Below, in pieces: positions 19,527 to 27,963 of a stretch of 42,238 bases of DNA; positions within the stretch are counted from its first letter, which is position 1; every line of letters begins with the position of its first letter. The stretch lies in IMG/VR virus record IMGVR_UViG_3300032302_000137, positions 1 through 42,238 of that record. One strand, 5' to 3'. The position numbers were made by a program, and so were the translations under genes. Below the pieces are notes generated by a model that was not told where the DNA came from, made no database searches, and was given only the letters and a program-made list of their open reading frames with translations. The stretch comes from a virus. Its lineage: Duplodnaviria > Caudoviricetes.

Positions 19527-19770
19527 CTGGAACTGGGGTCCAGCTTGGAACAGGTTGCGGCAGGACGTGAACACCCTGGCGTGGCTGTTTGAGGAGGAGC
19601 GGACCATCCAGCGGCTCTATATCGAGAGCTTCTTTTGGGCCTTGAGTGGAACGAGAATGACCGTTGAAGAGTTCGCCAGAGAAGTGGGTTTTGGTTCTTC
19701 CGCTGAAGGCCCCAATGATGAGTACGAACGGCCAGCGGAGGGCGCACTGGACGGAAGTAGCGAAAGCTAA
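19507..19770 (+). CDS. hypothetical protein
   Basis: SD GGAGGT, 87 aa. Confidence 0.55.
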   Translation: MKEIEPNWNWGPAWNRLRQDVNTLAWLFEEERTIQRLYIESFFWALSGTRMTVEEFAREVGFGSSAEGPNDEYERPAEGALDGSSES

Positions 19771-20074
19771 GTCCGACTCAGAGATAATAGTTTTAGCTGC
19801 TGCTAGGAAAGCGAAACTAAAGCGAGTCGATGGGCTAGTATCGGTTCGGATAGTTTGGTACTCACCGGATGCCCGTAAGAGAGATGTTGATTCACTTGCT
19901 GTTTTAGCTAAATCATCTTTGGACGCACTCAAAAAAGGAAATATTATTGATGACGACCATGCAGGCATTGTCCACGAAGTTCACCTTGGACCCATCATTG
20001 TCGCAAGAGACAATCCGCGAATCGAGATTCACGTCCGAAGATTGGAAACTGGATGGGGTTTGTCGGACGATTGA
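19664..20074 (+). CDS. rusA: RusA-like Holliday junction resolvase
   Basis: MSTNG...RKRDVDSL...KSSLDALKKGNIIDDD...PRIEI. Confidence 0.85.
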   Translation: MKSSPEKWVLVLPLKAPMMSTNGQRRAHWTEVAKAKSDSEIIVLAAARKAKLKRVDGLVSVRIVWYSPDARKRDVDSLAVLAKSSLDALKKGNIIDDDHAGIVHEVHLGPIIVARDNPRIEIHVRRLETGWGLSDD

Positions 20075-20264
20075 TCCTGACCTGTGGTTTCCGGAGGGAT
20101 CATCCACCGGGTATGCGGCAAAGAAAATGTGCCGCCGTTGCCCGGTGATGGATGAATGCCTTCGGTATGCCCTGGACAACAACGAGCAGTACGGGGTATG
20201 GGGTGGGATGGGCAGTTCGGAGCGTCATAATATGCGTCGTCGCCTACGACGAAGAGCTATTTAG
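19998..20264 (+). CDS. whiB: WhiB-family transcription factor (start uncertain)
   Basis: WKLDGVCRTIDPDLWFPE...AKKMCRRCPVMDECLRYAL...YGVWGG. Confidence 0.9.
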   Translation: MSQETIRESRFTSEDWKLDGVCRTIDPDLWFPEGSSTGYAAKKMCRRCPVMDECLRYALDNNEQYGVWGGMGSSERHNMRRRLRRRAI

Positions 20265-20396
20265 ATACGCTATCTAATGATAGAATTGTGAGGGGTAGGC
20301 TTTGGCCTTTAAGACTCTGCGCCCTGGCCCGGAGGATGTTCCAGTCCGCCTCTCCCAGCGTGCCTCCTCCGGGCCTCACAAACTTGAGGGGTTGAG

Positions 20397-20627
20397 GTGT
20401 TTGACGAGGAATACGCAGAGCGACTGCGACTGCTGCGTGAGCATGTCGCGCAAGAAGAGATAGACGAGATCGTCCGGTGGCAGCTAACCGGGCTACTAAC
20501 GAAGAAGGCACCTGTGGTTAAACATCAGGAACAGCCGCGCTGCTGGCGGTGCAAGAGCGACTGGCATGGACTTCCCAGGGATGGGTGCCAAGGCTCTTTC
20601 AACACGCCGACGAAAGATAAACAATAA
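20397..20627 (+). CDS. hypothetical protein
   Basis: IDEIVRWQL...CWRCKSDWHGLP...GC. Confidence 0.6.
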   Translation: MFDEEYAERLRLLREHVAQEEIDEIVRWQLTGLLTKKAPVVKHQEQPRCWRCKSDWHGLPRDGCQGSFNTPTKDKQ

Positions 20628-20657
20628 CTATTACGCAATAGGGTTTAGGGTTTATAT

Positions 20658-20888
20658 ATGCGCTCCGCAGAACGCGCCTGGATTGCTCTAGGTGTTGGCG
20701 TTGCCGCATACGAGGTATTGGCAAGGGATGGCGAGTTGCTGTCCCATCAGGTTGATCGCTGGCTGGAAACCCACCCGGTTGTTACGACGGCTGTTGTGAC
20801 CTTCACCGCCGCGCACCTACTGAACATTCTGCCGCCGAAAGCGGACCCCTGGGTGTGGATGTTCGCTTGGAGGAATCTTGTCTCCTGA
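20658..20888 (+). CDS. small conserved mycobacteriophage membrane protein
   Basis: AWIALGVGVAAYE...GELLS..VDRWL..HP...HLLN...DP. Confidence 0.7.
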   Translation: MRSAERAWIALGVGVAAYEVLARDGELLSHQVDRWLETHPVVTTAVVTFTAAHLLNILPPKADPWVWMFAWRNLVS

Positions 20889-21651
20889 AATCTGGACAGT
20901 AGATATTGAAACAAGACCCAACGAGGTTTATGCCTGGGGTCTGCGGGATCAGAACGTGGGCATCAACCAGATCATCCGACCGGGTGGGCTACTGATGTTC
21001 GCGGCGCACAAGCACGGCAACAAAACCGTTGAGGCCCACGCCGAGTGGGATGGCTACGAGGATATGGTTCGCCGGTCCCATGAAATTTATGATGCCGCGG
21101 ATTACATCGTGACGTTCAACGGGGTGCGGTTCGACAACAAGCATTTGCGTGCGGCGTGGGCAGAGATCGGCCTGCCGCCGCCGTCACCGTGGCGTGACAT
21201 TGATTTGTTTCGCACGGTCGGTAAGTTCCAGTGGCCCAGCAGAAAGCTCGCGTTCGTGTGCGAGAAGTTGGGCCTTGATTTGAAGAGCGACCCCGGAGGG
21301 TTTAGTACATGGGATCACATCATCCGGGGGACCGACGAGCAGAAGGCGAAGGCTCAGAGGCGGATGATCCGGTACTGCAAGAACGATGTGAAGATCACGA
21401 GCCAGTTGTTCGACCGGCTGCTGCCGTGGATCGACGGACTGAACGTACCGTTGATTTCTGGTGGGAGCGAGGAGGATACGTCGGAGGGCGCGGCAATGTG
21501 TACCAGATGCGGTGGGGTGAACATCCACCAACGGGGATGGGCGTACACGACGACGTATAGGTACAAGCGTTATTGCTGCGCTGACTGCGGCGGTTGGATG
21601 AAGGACAAGAAATCTGAGCCGGTGGTCAACGCGGATTTGAGGAACGTGTGA
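20878..21651 (+). CDS. DnaQ-like 3'-5' exonuclease with C-terminal Zn ribbon
   Basis: DIET, TFNGVRFD, YCKND. CTRCG...CADCG. Confidence 0.85.
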   Translation: MSPEIWTVDIETRPNEVYAWGLRDQNVGINQIIRPGGLLMFAAHKHGNKTVEAHAEWDGYEDMVRRSHEIYDAADYIVTFNGVRFDNKHLRAAWAEIGLPPPSPWRDIDLFRTVGKFQWPSRKLAFVCEKLGLDLKSDPGGFSTWDHIIRGTDEQKAKAQRRMIRYCKNDVKITSQLFDRLLPWIDGLNVPLISGGSEEDTSEGAAMCTRCGGVNIHQRGWAYTTTYRYKRYCCADCGGWMKDKKSEPVVNADLRNV

Positions 21652-21769
21652 GGAATTGGAACGATCCGCTTGGACCGGAAGAGATCGCGTTGCTTCAGGA
21701 ACAGTTTGAACTTGCACGCCAGAGAATTGAGGGTGAGCAGGAGAAGCCCTGGAAACAGAACAGGCATGA

Positions 21770-22153
21770 GTGATGCCAAAGTTCGTTGCAACACCGAAGA
21801 AATCGAAGGGCCGTGGCGGGAGACTGTGGGAGAGATCGAGGGCCAGTTGCCTTTCCCGGTCACAGATTTGTTGGATCTGTGCGGGGGAAGCTGCCGATGT
21901 GGAGTACGCCCCGTTCAGTTGGGACAAGCTTCCGTTTGAGTCAACGGCTATTGACTTGACGTTGGAGTGGCCGAACCCGGCCAGCGCAAGTGTCGATCAC
22001 GTCATCCCGATATCCATGTTGGATCCTGACGATCCGCGGTTGTGGATGGTGGATCACTTGAGGCCGTCGCATCTGCGATGCAACTCCGCTCGCGGGGATG
22101 GGCGCAATGGGGACAGGATTAAGACAGTCACTAGTAGGAATTGGTTAGCGTAA
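21770..22153 (+). CDS. HNH endonuclease (packaging-associated type)
   Basis: CWICA...SVDHVIP...LRPSHLRCNSARG...TSRNW. Confidence 0.85.
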   Translation: MMPKFVATPKKSKGRGGRLWERSRASCLSRSQICWICAGEAADVEYAPFSWDKLPFESTAIDLTLEWPNPASASVDHVIPISMLDPDDPRLWMVDHLRPSHLRCNSARGDGRNGDRIKTVTSRNWLA

Positions 22154-22417
22154 ATGGCAGCAGGTAAAGAGGCCACGCCTCAGGACCGCAAGAATGTTAA
22201 ACAGCTTCGCCGGTATTGGGCTTACGAGGAGGGCCGTCAGAAGTGGGTGAACGCCGCCCACCCGTACACGACACTGGTCGGACTGCTGAGCAAGTACATC
22301 CAGAACGACCGTGAGTTGAAGGGCTTTGCCGCCGAGGTTTTCCACGATGCACTGGGCTTCTGGCCGGGTACCCCTCACGAGGGAAAGACGCCGACACCGG
22401 GAAAGAAGCGCGGATAG
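22154..22417 (+). CDS. conserved actinophage hypothetical protein
   Basis: QLRRYW...GRQKW...L.KYI...KGF.A...H...GFWPG. Confidence 0.65.
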   Translation: MAAGKEATPQDRKNVKQLRRYWAYEEGRQKWVNAAHPYTTLVGLLSKYIQNDRELKGFAAEVFHDALGFWPGTPHEGKTPTPGKKRG

Positions 22418-22436
22418 AAACTATTACGATATAATT

Positions 22437-22604
22437 ATGAGTATGTACCTAGAGATTGAACGAATCGGAGAACGATTCGGGGTGCGTGAACAGTATATTC
22501 CAGAATTCATCACTGCCGTTACAGAGGTAATCAGCAGGCATTTGCTGCCCCCGGTCGAGGGTTGGCATGGCAAGGCAACAAGCAACCAACAGATAGGGAA
22601 GTAA
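22437..22604 (+). CDS. hypothetical protein
   Basis: 55-aa ORF right after TATAAT. Confidence 0.5.
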   Translation: MSMYLEIERIGERFGVREQYIPEFITAVTEVISRHLLPPVEGWHGKATSNQQIGK

Positions 22605-24164
22605 ATGACTGAAAAGATTTATGCGCCGGGAGTCCTTCCCCGCATTGACGACCGCGGAGATGGATCGTTCTCGCAGATCATCAAGAATGAGAGCAGGTTC
22701 AACGATGCCTTGGGGCGGCTCAAAACTAGCCGTCACCAGAACATTTATGAAGCGGATTTTGAATATGGCACGCAGCCGTTGCGCTGGGAGAGCCTGACAG
22801 CCGGTGGTGGCACCGTTGCACACCAACCTGGCCTGGGCGGTGTGCGCATGAGAATCGGTACGGCTTCGGGCGATCTCACCATCCGGCAGTCCCGCCCTTA
22901 CCACCGTTACCAACCCGGCAAGACCATGATGATGGCGACCGCCGTGAACTTCGGCACCGCGCAGACCAATCAGCTGCAACGGGTCGGATTCTTCGATGAC
23001 TCCAATGGAATCTTCATAGAGCAGGGAAACCCTTCGGCTGACAACACCTACGGCATGGCTTTAGTTGTTCGTTCCGACACTTCGGGAACCGTCACCGACA
23101 CCAAGTTCCAAGCCGGAACATCGGGTGGCGGGACTGAATGGAACGGCGATGCCGTCGTCCGTGCATCTCTTGACTGGACACGAATCCAGATGGTGTGGAT
23201 GGAGTACGCCTGGTACGGCGCGGGTGCAGTCCGATACGGTGTGTTCGTCAACGGTGAGCCGATTGTGTTGCACACTGTCGGGTTCGGTAACCGCTCCGGA
23301 CAGCTTGCACCGTGGGCAAAAACCGGCAACCTTCCTGTCCGCTACGAGCAGAGGAACATCGGCACCGTAGCAGCCCAAAATGACATGTATCACTATGGCG
23401 TGTCCGTGATAGTTGAGGGTGGAATTGATGAGGCGCGTGGCTTTACCTACAGCTACGGCAATCCTCAGTCAGCACCCTTAAAGTCGGTTGCCGCTTCAGC
23501 TTCTCGCGCCCCAGTGATTTCGGTTCGCGGAAAGCCTTTGGGTGTTGTTGAATACACTCAGGCTACCGCCGCCGCGACCGCAGGTAGCACTACCAGCCTG
23601 ACCGCTGGCACAGCGGCGTGGACGGTGGATCAGTGGAAGGGCCGGTTCGTCAACTACACCGTGTCCAGTGTGCAGTACACCGCACGCATCACATCGAACA
23701 CCGCGACCGTCCTGACCCTGGCTGACATTGTGACAGGTGGTGCGCTTGCAACTGCTCCGGTAGCGGGGCAGAACTACAGCATCGGCATCATCAACCGGGG
23801 TCAGCTTCTCCCGCGTCGTTTGCAGGTCACGTCAACTCAGCCGGTGTTCATCGAAATTTTCGTGTCCACCCCGACCTCCGCAATCAACCTGACCGGTTCC
23901 AACTTCGTTGCTAACGCTGCGGCACCTAACTCGTTCGCACAGATTGATTCGTCTGCTACAGCGTTCACCCTGTCGGGTGAGGTTGTGTATTCGATCTTCG
24001 TTCCCGCGAACACGGCTGTCGATCAGCAGATTGACCAGCTGTTCCCGCTAGTCAACTCGATCCGTGGCGCAAGCCCAGACACCTTGACTGTGGTCGCCAC
24101 CAACACTACGGCTTCTGCTGCGAATGTGTCCGTTCAGATCATCGGCCAGGAGGCAATGTCGTAA
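22605..24164 (+). CDS. virion structural-like protein (beta-rich, 519 aa)
   Basis: DALGRLKTS, YQPGK, RVGFFDDSNGIF, WYGAGAVRYG, NLPVRYE motifs; Thr/Ala-rich. Confidence 0.65.
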   Translation: MTEKIYAPGVLPRIDDRGDGSFSQIIKNESRFNDALGRLKTSRHQNIYEADFEYGTQPLRWESLTAGGGTVAHQPGLGGVRMRIGTASGDLTIRQSRPYHRYQPGKTMMMATAVNFGTAQTNQLQRVGFFDDSNGIFIEQGNPSADNTYGMALVVRSDTSGTVTDTKFQAGTSGGGTEWNGDAVVRASLDWTRIQMVWMEYAWYGAGAVRYGVFVNGEPIVLHTVGFGNRSGQLAPWAKTGNLPVRYEQRNIGTVAAQNDMYHYGVSVIVEGGIDEARGFTYSYGNPQSAPLKSVAASASRAPVISVRGKPLGVVEYTQATAAATAGSTTSLTAGTAAWTVDQWKGRFVNYTVSSVQYTARITSNTATVLTLADIVTGGALATAPVAGQNYSIGIINRGQLLPRRLQVTSTQPVFIEIFVSTPTSAINLTGSNFVANAAAPNSFAQIDSSATAFTLSGEVVYSIFVPANTAVDQQIDQLFPLVNSIRGASPDTLTVVATNTTASAANVSVQIIGQEAMS

Positions 24165-24277
24165 TGGCTACACCAAAGCCCAAGCCCAAGCCGAAGGCCA
24201 AGCCCATGCCCAAGGATGCTATGGATGGCGGCATCGAGACTAAGCCTGGAAGCAAAGGTTCCCGCAAAAAGAAGTAA
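24164..24277 (+). CDS. small Lys/Pro-rich basic peptide (37 aa)
   Basis: MATPKPKPKPKAKPMPKDAMDGGIETKPGSKGSRKKK. TAATG coupling, AGGAGG upstream. Confidence 0.6.
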   Translation: MATPKPKPKPKAKPMPKDAMDGGIETKPGSKGSRKKK

Positions 24278-24278
24278 C

Positions 24279-24307
24279 TTGACCTATCGGTAATAGTTAT
24301 GTATTGT
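24279..24307 (+). promoter_or_regulatory. SigA-like promoter
   Basis: TTGACC-17 nt-TATTGT. Confidence 0.65.
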
Positions 24308-24315
24308 TTCCGATA

Positions 24316-24581
24316 GGGAAGGGTCGCCTACTGACACTGACCGTGAGGCGCAGTACCCCCCACTTGCTGCCTCCGAAAGGTTGACCCTTCCCCCTTAATC
24401 TGCGCCCCGGTAACGGGTTCCGATGGTAAATGCACTGCCCCCACGAGGGGTTTCGGATGAGTTACCTCACCCTGGGTGGCTGGTAGTAGTGAGCGCGAGC
24501 GGACCGAACCCAGCCAAGCCGCGGCCCCACGGTGGAGACAACAACCCCATGCACTATTACAGTGTGTGGGGTTGTTGCTTT
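24316..24581 (+). ncRNA. candidate structured non-coding RNA
   Basis: 10-bp closing stem GGGAAGGGTC/GACCCTTCCC, several hairpins with GAAA/GTAA/GCGA loops, and a long terminal hairpin. Confidence 0.6.
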
Positions 24582-24607
24582 ATGCCTAATAGTGGTACAT
24601 TACTTTC

Positions 24608-24835
24608 ATGGAGTACATGGACGGCTTCGCAGAGATGGGGGCTATCTCCCTCAACATCGTTGATTCCGACCGGGTGATTGTCGGTGTTCTTGCCGACGCA
24701 CCGGATCGTGTGGCCCTTGCTCTGGGCAATGATGCCGCCGATAGCTATTACCTGTTGCAGTTGACTCCTGAGAGGGCGCGTCAGTTGGCGGCTTCTCTTC
24801 TCAACAAGTCCGATTCAGTGGAAGGGATTAAGTGA
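24608..24835 (+). CDS. hypothetical protein
   Basis: ORF after TGGTACATT (probably leaderless). Confidence 0.6.
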   Translation: MEYMDGFAEMGAISLNIVDSDRVIVGVLADAPDRVALALGNDAADSYYLLQLTPERARQLAASLLNKSDSVEGIK

Positions 24836-24996
24836 TGGCCGGTAAACCCCGCGGCGAGGACATGCTGCTACAGCAGATCCCCATGCCCCTCAAGCCCACC
24901 CAGGAGATGATCGACAAGGCACGGCTCGCGGTCTGCTCCAACGTCGTTGATGCTGATGAGGCACGCACGATGTTGTCAATGCTGGGGTTGCTATGA
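24835..24996 (+). CDS. hypothetical protein (53 aa)
   Basis: TGATG coupling. Confidence 0.55.
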   Translation: MAGKPRGEDMLLQQIPMPLKPTQEMIDKARLAVCSNVVDADEARTMLSMLGLL

Positions 24997-25196
24997 ACCT
25001 TTCAGATCAGTACATCAACTACGACAAGGAACCCCTAGAAATTTGGGAGGATCCGTCGTACTCCGTCTACGACCCTTGGACCGCTCAGGTATTGGGGACG
25101 TTCAGTACCCGCGAGGACGCCGAAACCTTTATGAAGGCCGTCTACAAGAGAGATAAGAAGGCTGCCCTCAGAGCCGATAAGTGGCCCGACAAGTGA
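24993..25196 (+). CDS. hypothetical protein
   Basis: ATGA coupling. Confidence 0.55.
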   Translation: MNLSDQYINYDKEPLEIWEDPSYSVYDPWTAQVLGTFSTREDAETFMKAVYKRDKKAALRADKWPDK

Positions 25197-25348
25197 ACGG
25201 CGTTTACCAGCCGTATGGGGATATCCGAAAGACGGCCCTAGAGCTTGCGATTGAGTCTGCTGCCATGCACAACTTGGAGTCCATGGACACCGATGCGGTG
25301 GTGGCGAGGGCTGAGTCATATTTCCTGTTCCTCATGGAGGAAGCATGA
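25193..25348 (+). CDS. hypothetical protein (51 aa)
   Basis: GTGA coupling. Confidence 0.5.
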   Translation: MNGVYQPYGDIRKTALELAIESAAMHNLESMDTDAVVARAESYFLFLMEEA

Positions 25349-25518
25349 GGGGTAATTTTGAAATTCCCCTCCTGAAATCTGAGGGCACTAACTTTTCACG
25401 CCTCAAGATGGCTGTCTATTGGATTCTGTGGGCGGTCGCCATGTCGATCATCATTGGTTGCTCCGTGGGGGCGATTGCGTGGATGGTCCTGGTTTTCGGG
25501 GTATATGACCATCAATGA
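25345..25518 (+). CDS. small membrane protein (57 aa)
   Basis: SD GGAGG, ATGA coupling, long hydrophobic segment. Confidence 0.55.
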   Translation: MRGNFEIPLLKSEGTNFSRLKMAVYWILWAVAMSIIIGCSVGAIAWMVLVFGVYDHQ

Positions 25519-25667
25519 GCGAATACAAGAAATGCCAGATTTACCGGACCAGCGAGTGGGTGGTCTGGGATCCGAACAACAAGATGTTGCACCTGTTCGA
25601 TGACGGCCAGGGTGCTTTGAAGTTTTTCAATGAAGGGATGCCGGTAAGACAATATGAAGATGAATAA
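25515..25667 (+). CDS. hypothetical protein (50 aa)
   Basis: ATGA coupling. Confidence 0.5.
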   Translation: MSEYKKCQIYRTSEWVVWDPNNKMLHLFDDGQGALKFFNEGMPVRQYEDE

Positions 25668-25770
25668 ATTCACCCCCGGCGACGAGACGATGCTTCTCGT
25701 GCTGAGTTTGTCGATGCTGTCGGTGCTTATTTTCGTTTTGTGTGCAATGGCGTACTTCCATGGGGTTTAG
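25654..25770 (+). CDS. small membrane peptide (38 aa)
   Basis: One hydrophobic segment; fills the operon gap. Confidence 0.45.
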   Translation: MKMNKFTPGDETMLLVLSLSMLSVLIFVLCAMAYFHGV

Positions 25771-25993
25771 CACGCTTGAGGCGCAAATAGCGGCGCATGA
25801 GTCCTGGGCGAAAACTCAAGATCGGTCGGCCCGTACCGCGGCGGCGCGGAAGGCCATGATGGACCGTTTTGAGAATTTGGTGGATCCCGATGGGGTGATG
25901 CCGGAAGCGGCGCGGCTGGAAATGGCGGAATCCGCCCGGAAAGCCCACTACCGAAGAATGGCTTTGAAATCGGCCAAAGTGAGGGCGAGATGA
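25760..25993 (+). CDS. conserved actinobacterial mobile-element protein
   Basis: AAHESWAKT.DRSARTAAAR...RFE..VDPDG...AESARKAHY. Confidence 0.7.
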   Translation: MGFSTLEAQIAAHESWAKTQDRSARTAAARKAMMDRFENLVDPDGVMPEAARLEMAESARKAHYRRMALKSAKVRAR

Positions 25994-26145
25994 AAGTTCA
26001 CGGTTACTACTGGCGCGACACGATTCTGCCTAAGACGGCAGTGAATGTGATTAGCGTCGATGCTGAAAGTAAAGAGCAGGCCATGGAGACGGCGGAAATG
26101 TTTCTGCGAAATGGGTGCGGTGCCGTAGAGGTTGACTGGTCGTGA
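25990..26145 (+). CDS. hypothetical protein (51 aa)
   Basis: ATGA coupling. Confidence 0.5.
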   Translation: MKVHGYYWRDTILPKTAVNVISVDAESKEQAMETAEMFLRNGCGAVEVDWS

Positions 26146-26309
26146 GGTTCCTCAAGAAGATCATTGAGCGCGGCAAAGATAATATGCAATGGTGTGTGTG
26201 CGGTCATCCGTGGTGCTGGCATTCGGGTCCGTGTGGGTCGAAAGTTGCGGACGGTATCGGCGGGTTGCAGCCGTGTGACTGTCCGACGTTCGTAAGTGAT
26301 GTTAAGTGA
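26142..26309 (+). CDS. Cys/His-rich hypothetical protein (55 aa)
   Basis: GTGA coupling. CVCGH...H...C...CDC. Confidence 0.5.
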   Translation: MRFLKKIIERGKDNMQWCVCGHPWCWHSGPCGSKVADGIGGLQPCDCPTFVSDVK

Positions 26310-26551
26310 GCGCCATAACATCACTTAGCCCGGAATGCGAACGCTGCCGCGGTGGTGGCTGGTGGTGGTACGACAATAACCACGCTCAGCCCTGTCCCGA
26401 CTGCTGTCGCCATGACCAGGGGGTGTGGATGCTCACGTTTGAGTATGGGGATGGGGGCAAATGGTGCTGTAGAGGCGGCTGCGGAACAAAATGGGACGGC
26501 ATAGTTGATTATCAGAAAAGACCTAACCGCATACAGGGGGACGGCCAATGA
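26306..26551 (+). CDS. Cys-rich hypothetical protein
   Basis: CERC, CPDC, CCRGGC. Confidence 0.55.
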   Translation: MSAITSLSPECERCRGGGWWWYDNNHAQPCPDCCRHDQGVWMLTFEYGDGGKWCCRGGCGTKWDGIVDYQKRPNRIQGDGQ

Positions 26552-26838
26552 GTTGTCCGGGGTGTTCGTGTTCTATTTGTATTGGGGAAAACGAGGATGC
26601 GGAACGTACCCCAACAGAGTCCGATCTGCGTAGGCCGCGTCGGTTTGGCCGTGATTGGACGCTGCACGATGCAATCACGTTCGCCATTAGGGACAACTTT
26701 TCGCCCAGGTTGTGGGCTGACGCCGACGATATCGCCGTGGTGGTGATTGGTGCCGTAGCTGCATATCGAAGGTCTGTCAGTGAGGATGTTTTCCTTGATG
26801 AAATTCTTGCTCACGACGACAACTGTCTAGGTGACTAG
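26548..26838 (+). CDS. hypothetical protein
   Basis: Last + strand ORF of the operon. Confidence 0.5.
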   Translation: MSCPGCSCSICIGENEDAERTPTESDLRRPRRFGRDWTLHDAITFAIRDNFSPRLWADADDIAVVVIGAVAAYRRSVSEDVFLDEILAHDDNCLGD

Positions 26839-26841
26839 ACA

Positions 26842-26877
26842 CGGCAGATCCACGCGCAACCGTGCGGCAGATCCACG
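26842..26877. repeat. 13-bp direct repeat CGGCAGATCCACG x2
   Basis: Copies at 26842-26854 and 26865-26877, just past the recombinase stop. Confidence 0.85.
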
Positions 26878-26878
26878 T

Positions 26879-27784
26879 TCAGAATCCCAGGTCTAAACCC
26901 TTGGCTTCGTCCAGGGCACGTTCCGCGGCACTGGCCCCGGTGTACCGGTCGATCATGGCCCTGGAACTCCATCCGGCGATAGCCATTAAACCGCCCTCAG
27001 AGCCGCCGTGAAGCAGCCAGCGGGTCGCCGCGGTGTGGCGGGTGCGGTGCGGGTGGAATCCCTTCACACCGGCAGTCTCAGCGCGAGCTTTCAGGGTGGA
27101 TACCAGGGTGTGATATTGCATGGGGGTGCCCCAGGCGGTGATCCAGAACTTGTCGTTACCGGGCTTGGCGGATTTGCGCCGTGCCCGAAGGTAGCGGTCC
27201 AGCGAGGATGCGGTGGCAGCGGAGAACGGCACCACCCGGCCCTTGCCGCCCTTGCCCTTGACAATGACGGCTTTCATGGCCGACAGGTCAAGGTCATCTA
27301 TCCGCATTCCCACCAATTCCGCACTGCGCGTGGCGGTTTCAAACATGAACCGCAGGATCGCCTCGTCTCGCAGGTCGATGAATTTGGAGGACTTGCTGAC
27401 ACCGGCACGCTTGCAGGCTTTCAGCATGGCGGTGACCTGATCGTCGGACAGCGACGGCACCACCTTGTCGTTCTTGCGCGGTGGCCCCATCCCCAGGAAC
27501 GGGTCCGCGTCGGTTTCGCCCTCCTCGCGCAGCCACTTCACGAACGACTTCAGCGCATAGTGGCGCAGCCGTGCGGTGTTGGGTTCGGTGCCTGCGGCTA
27601 GGGTGGCGGCATGAAACTTCTGGATGCTCAGTTTCAGCAGGGGATCCCCGATCCCGTTGGCCTCGCACCATTCCAGGTAGCAGACCGCCGACCGGGTGTA
27701 GCTGTTGAGCGTTTGGGGCGACTTATTCAGCGCAGCCAGGGAAATCCGCCACGATTCGACCAGTTCCAGCAACTCTTCGACCAT
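26879..27784 (-). CDS. int: tyrosine recombinase/integrase (Xer-like, no arm-binding domain)
   Basis: SAM-like N-terminus. Catalytic R (TATRSAE), K (KGKGGK), HxxR (HRTR), W (AGWSS), Y (DRYT). Confidence 0.93.
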   Translation of the reverse strand: MVEELLELVESWRISLAALNKSPQTLNSYTRSAVCYLEWCEANGIGDPLLKLSIQKFHAATLAAGTEPNTARLRHYALKSFVKWLREEGETDADPFLGMGPPRKNDKVVPSLSDDQVTAMLKACKRAGVSKSSKFIDLRDEAILRFMFETATRSAELVGMRIDDLDLSAMKAVIVKGKGGKGRVVPFSAATASSLDRYLRARRKSAKPGNDKFWITAWGTPMQYHTLVSTLKARAETAGVKGFHPHRTRHTAATRWLLHGGSEGGLMAIAGWSSRAMIDRYTGASAAERALDEAKGLDLGF

Positions 27785-27801
27785 GGTCTTATCTTGACAT
27801 A

Positions 27802-27957
27802 TAGCTCTGTGCGTGGTGTGCGCGACCCCGAAAAAGAGTAAACCCCCTGCTCAACAGGGTGTCGGCAGGGGGGTTGAAACTCTTGAAAACACGTTCTTAA
27901 ACTTGACTTAGCTCTGTGCTTTGGACTGTTTTACCTGCACATATCTTAGCTCTGTGC
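27802..27957. repeat. TAGCTCTGTGC x3, probable recombinase binding sites (attP/res region)
   Basis: Copies at 27802-27812, 27909-27919 and 27947-27957. Confidence 0.8.
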
Positions 27958-27963
27958 GCGGTA

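Noticed and set aside
14511-21927. Long minus-strand ORFs (e.g. 14511-15143, 15889-16602, 17772-18494, 21184-21927)
   Set aside because: Shadows of well-supported + strand genes in GC-rich DNA.
24316-24392. tRNA or hammerhead ribozyme
   Set aside because: No TTCRA T-loop, and the CTGANGA core is not properly formed.
24423-24677. 84-aa ORF over the candidate ncRNA
   Set aside because: No SD, it crosses a strong hairpin, and it overlaps the better ORF at 24608.
27841-27880. tRNA 3'-end attP core
   Set aside because: Only a hairpin (AACCCCCTGC/GCAGGGGG) with no convincing T-loop or acceptor match.
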